Positions 62,309 to 64,000 of a stretch of DNA of 64,000 bases are shown here, in pieces. The translations under genes were made by a program, and so were the position numbers. Location: NCBI RefSeq assembly GCF_021869535.1, contig NW_026262734.1, positions 35,650,001 through 35,714,000 of the forward strand. The letters are read 5' to 3'. The notes below the pieces were generated by a model. That model was not told the DNA's origin and did no database searches. It was given only the letters and a program-made list of their open reading frames with translations. Origin of the DNA: Mytilus californianus. Its lineage: Eukaryota. Each line of letters opens with the position of its first letter. Position 1 is the first letter of the stretch.

Positions 62309-63717
62309 TAGTCCCCTACTGAAGGTAACTTTACGTTTGCACTCTGTCCGTCTTTCTGTCTGTCTGTCTGGCTGTCCATTCGTCATTCCGGCAAATCAGT
62401 TTTCCACACTTTTTTCCGTCATGCTTGAAGATATTGATTTGATAATTGGTATATATAGTTTACATCATGACAAGTTACAGATCAAGTACGAATTTTGTTC
62501 CGGTCTAATGATGTCTTCGTCAGCGTCATCGTCGTCTGAAGACATTTGGTTTCCGGACAATAACTTTAGTTTAAGTGTACGGATATCTATGAAATTTGAC
62601 CAAAAGGTTCAATACCACAAAAGGAAGGTTAGAATTGTTTTTGGGGGTGATGGTCCTAACCGTTTAGGAATTAGGGGCCAAAAAGGGGCCCAAAACAAGC
62701 ATTTTTCTAGTTTCAGGACAATAACTTGTGTATAAGTATTTTGATTGCTCTGAAATTGTACCAGAAGGTTCAATACCACAAGTAGAAGGTAAGGATTTAA
62801 TTTGGGGGTAATTGCCCAAACCGTTCAGGAATTAGGGGCCAAAAAGGGTCTAAAACAAGCATTTTTCTAGTTTTCAGACAATAACTTGTGTTTCAGTGTA
62901 TTGATGTCTCTTTAATAAATTGTACCACATTTTACAAAAATATTTTTTTTGGAAAAGGGGGGGGGGGGGGGAGGGGTAAAAAAAAAATTTTTTTTGGGGG
63001 GGGGGGGGGGCAATTTTTTTTCCACAAGATTTAAGAAATTAAAAAGAAAATTTCTTCAAATATTTTTTTGGGCAAAAACATTTTTTTGGGGGGTGTCTTT
63101 GTATATATAGTATTATTTTTGGAAGAGGAGGGGGGGGGTGGATAAAAAAAAAATTATGGGGTAAGAAATTGTCAATTTTCCAAAGAAAAATTTGGGGTCA
63201 CAATTTATTTTGCTAATTCTTTGTATATAGTCTGAAAACAGATTTACTAAATATTGCGCAACAGCACAGTGTTAATCAAAAAAGCTAGAAATCTTCAATT
63301 GAATATAAATTCAAATCATTTAACCAATTTCAAGTTCTTTGACTACATTTATTCTGTGTCAGAAACCTATAATGTGTCAAATATTTAATTACAATCCAAA
63401 TTCAGACCTGTATCAAGCTTGAATATTGTGTCCATTGTTGCCCCAACTGTTCAGAGTTGGACCTCTGTGGTCGTATCCAGCTGTGCTCGGCGAAGCAGTT
63501 TATGTCTAGAGTTATGGTCCTTAGACTTGAAAAATTCACTAAAATAATCAGTTTACCACACTTTTTTTTTGTCATGCTTGAAGATATTGACTTACTATTT
63601 GTTATATAGTTTACACCATGACAAGTTATAGATCAAGTTAGCATTTTGTTCCAGTACAATGAATTTAAACGGTAGGGGACTATGCATTGCCATGCAATAC
63701 CCTCAGAATGCTTGTTT
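62309..63717 (+). mobile_element. HINE with a second, 5'-truncated HINE (about 62511-63501) nested inside
   Basis: Outer subTIR TAGTCCCCTAC / GTAGGGGACTA with a (GTCT)n tract. The inner element shares the ~160-bp repeats and the GTGGTCGTAT..GCGAAGCA end of 49562-59840. Confidence 0.75.
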
Positions 63718-64000
63718 ATTATAAGTATTAAGTCAGCTATATCTGTTCGTTAGATTATTGTGTACATGTCTGTTAGACAGGATTATCCATACCTTGACCT
63801 CTATCAGTGTTAAGACTTAAGTTTTCATTTTCGGGTCTGTTTCTAAGTTACTACATTGTATAAAAGATGGACTATGTACATGTTGGTACATAGGGTCAAG
63901 TTTGTTTTCAAGATTATGTCAGTTTATTTTTAAAAGTAATAGATGGACTATAAAGGGTGTAAAGTGTACATGTCCAATTGTCATGGTTTGATGATTAGTG

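Noticed and set aside
62940-63200. G-quadruplex-like poly-G/poly-T runs
   Set aside because: They fall in a low-complexity HINE segment, and homopolymer lengths may be sequencing error.
61958-64000. Final FTSJ3 exon(s), and ORF 62259-62735
   Set aside because: No exon matching the expected YKKA..YVVAKK..VD.RMKKD end was found. The ORF is HINE-derived and chimeric.

Overview
AT-rich eukaryotic DNA, most likely a mytilid mussel (inferred from the repeat families and RING-less B-box gene type; not database-verified). The left part (1-~24.8 kb) holds a young non-autonomous LTR element, two paralogous RING-less TRIM-like genes on the minus strand (2 B-boxes, coiled coil, beta-propeller; one coding exon each), three copies of a conserved upstream non-coding module, and many MITEs, foldbacks and TE relics. 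The right part (24948 to beyond 61957) is FTSJ3/SPB1 on the plus strand. Seventeen coding exons join in one reading frame (773 codons); the last exon(s) lie beyond the window. Its introns hold Helentron-type non-autonomous elements with satellite arrays and four hAT elements. One of these (54714-59699) has an apparently intact 6-exon, 766-aa transposase and a 7-bp TSD. The most unusual items are a 7-copy tandem repeat of the exon-16 splice acceptor, the intact sense-strand hAT with exons phase-compatible with the host gene, hATs with 5- and 7-bp TSDs, and a one-ended hAT with a hairpin-like junction. No clearly new biological system could be proven from sequence alone.
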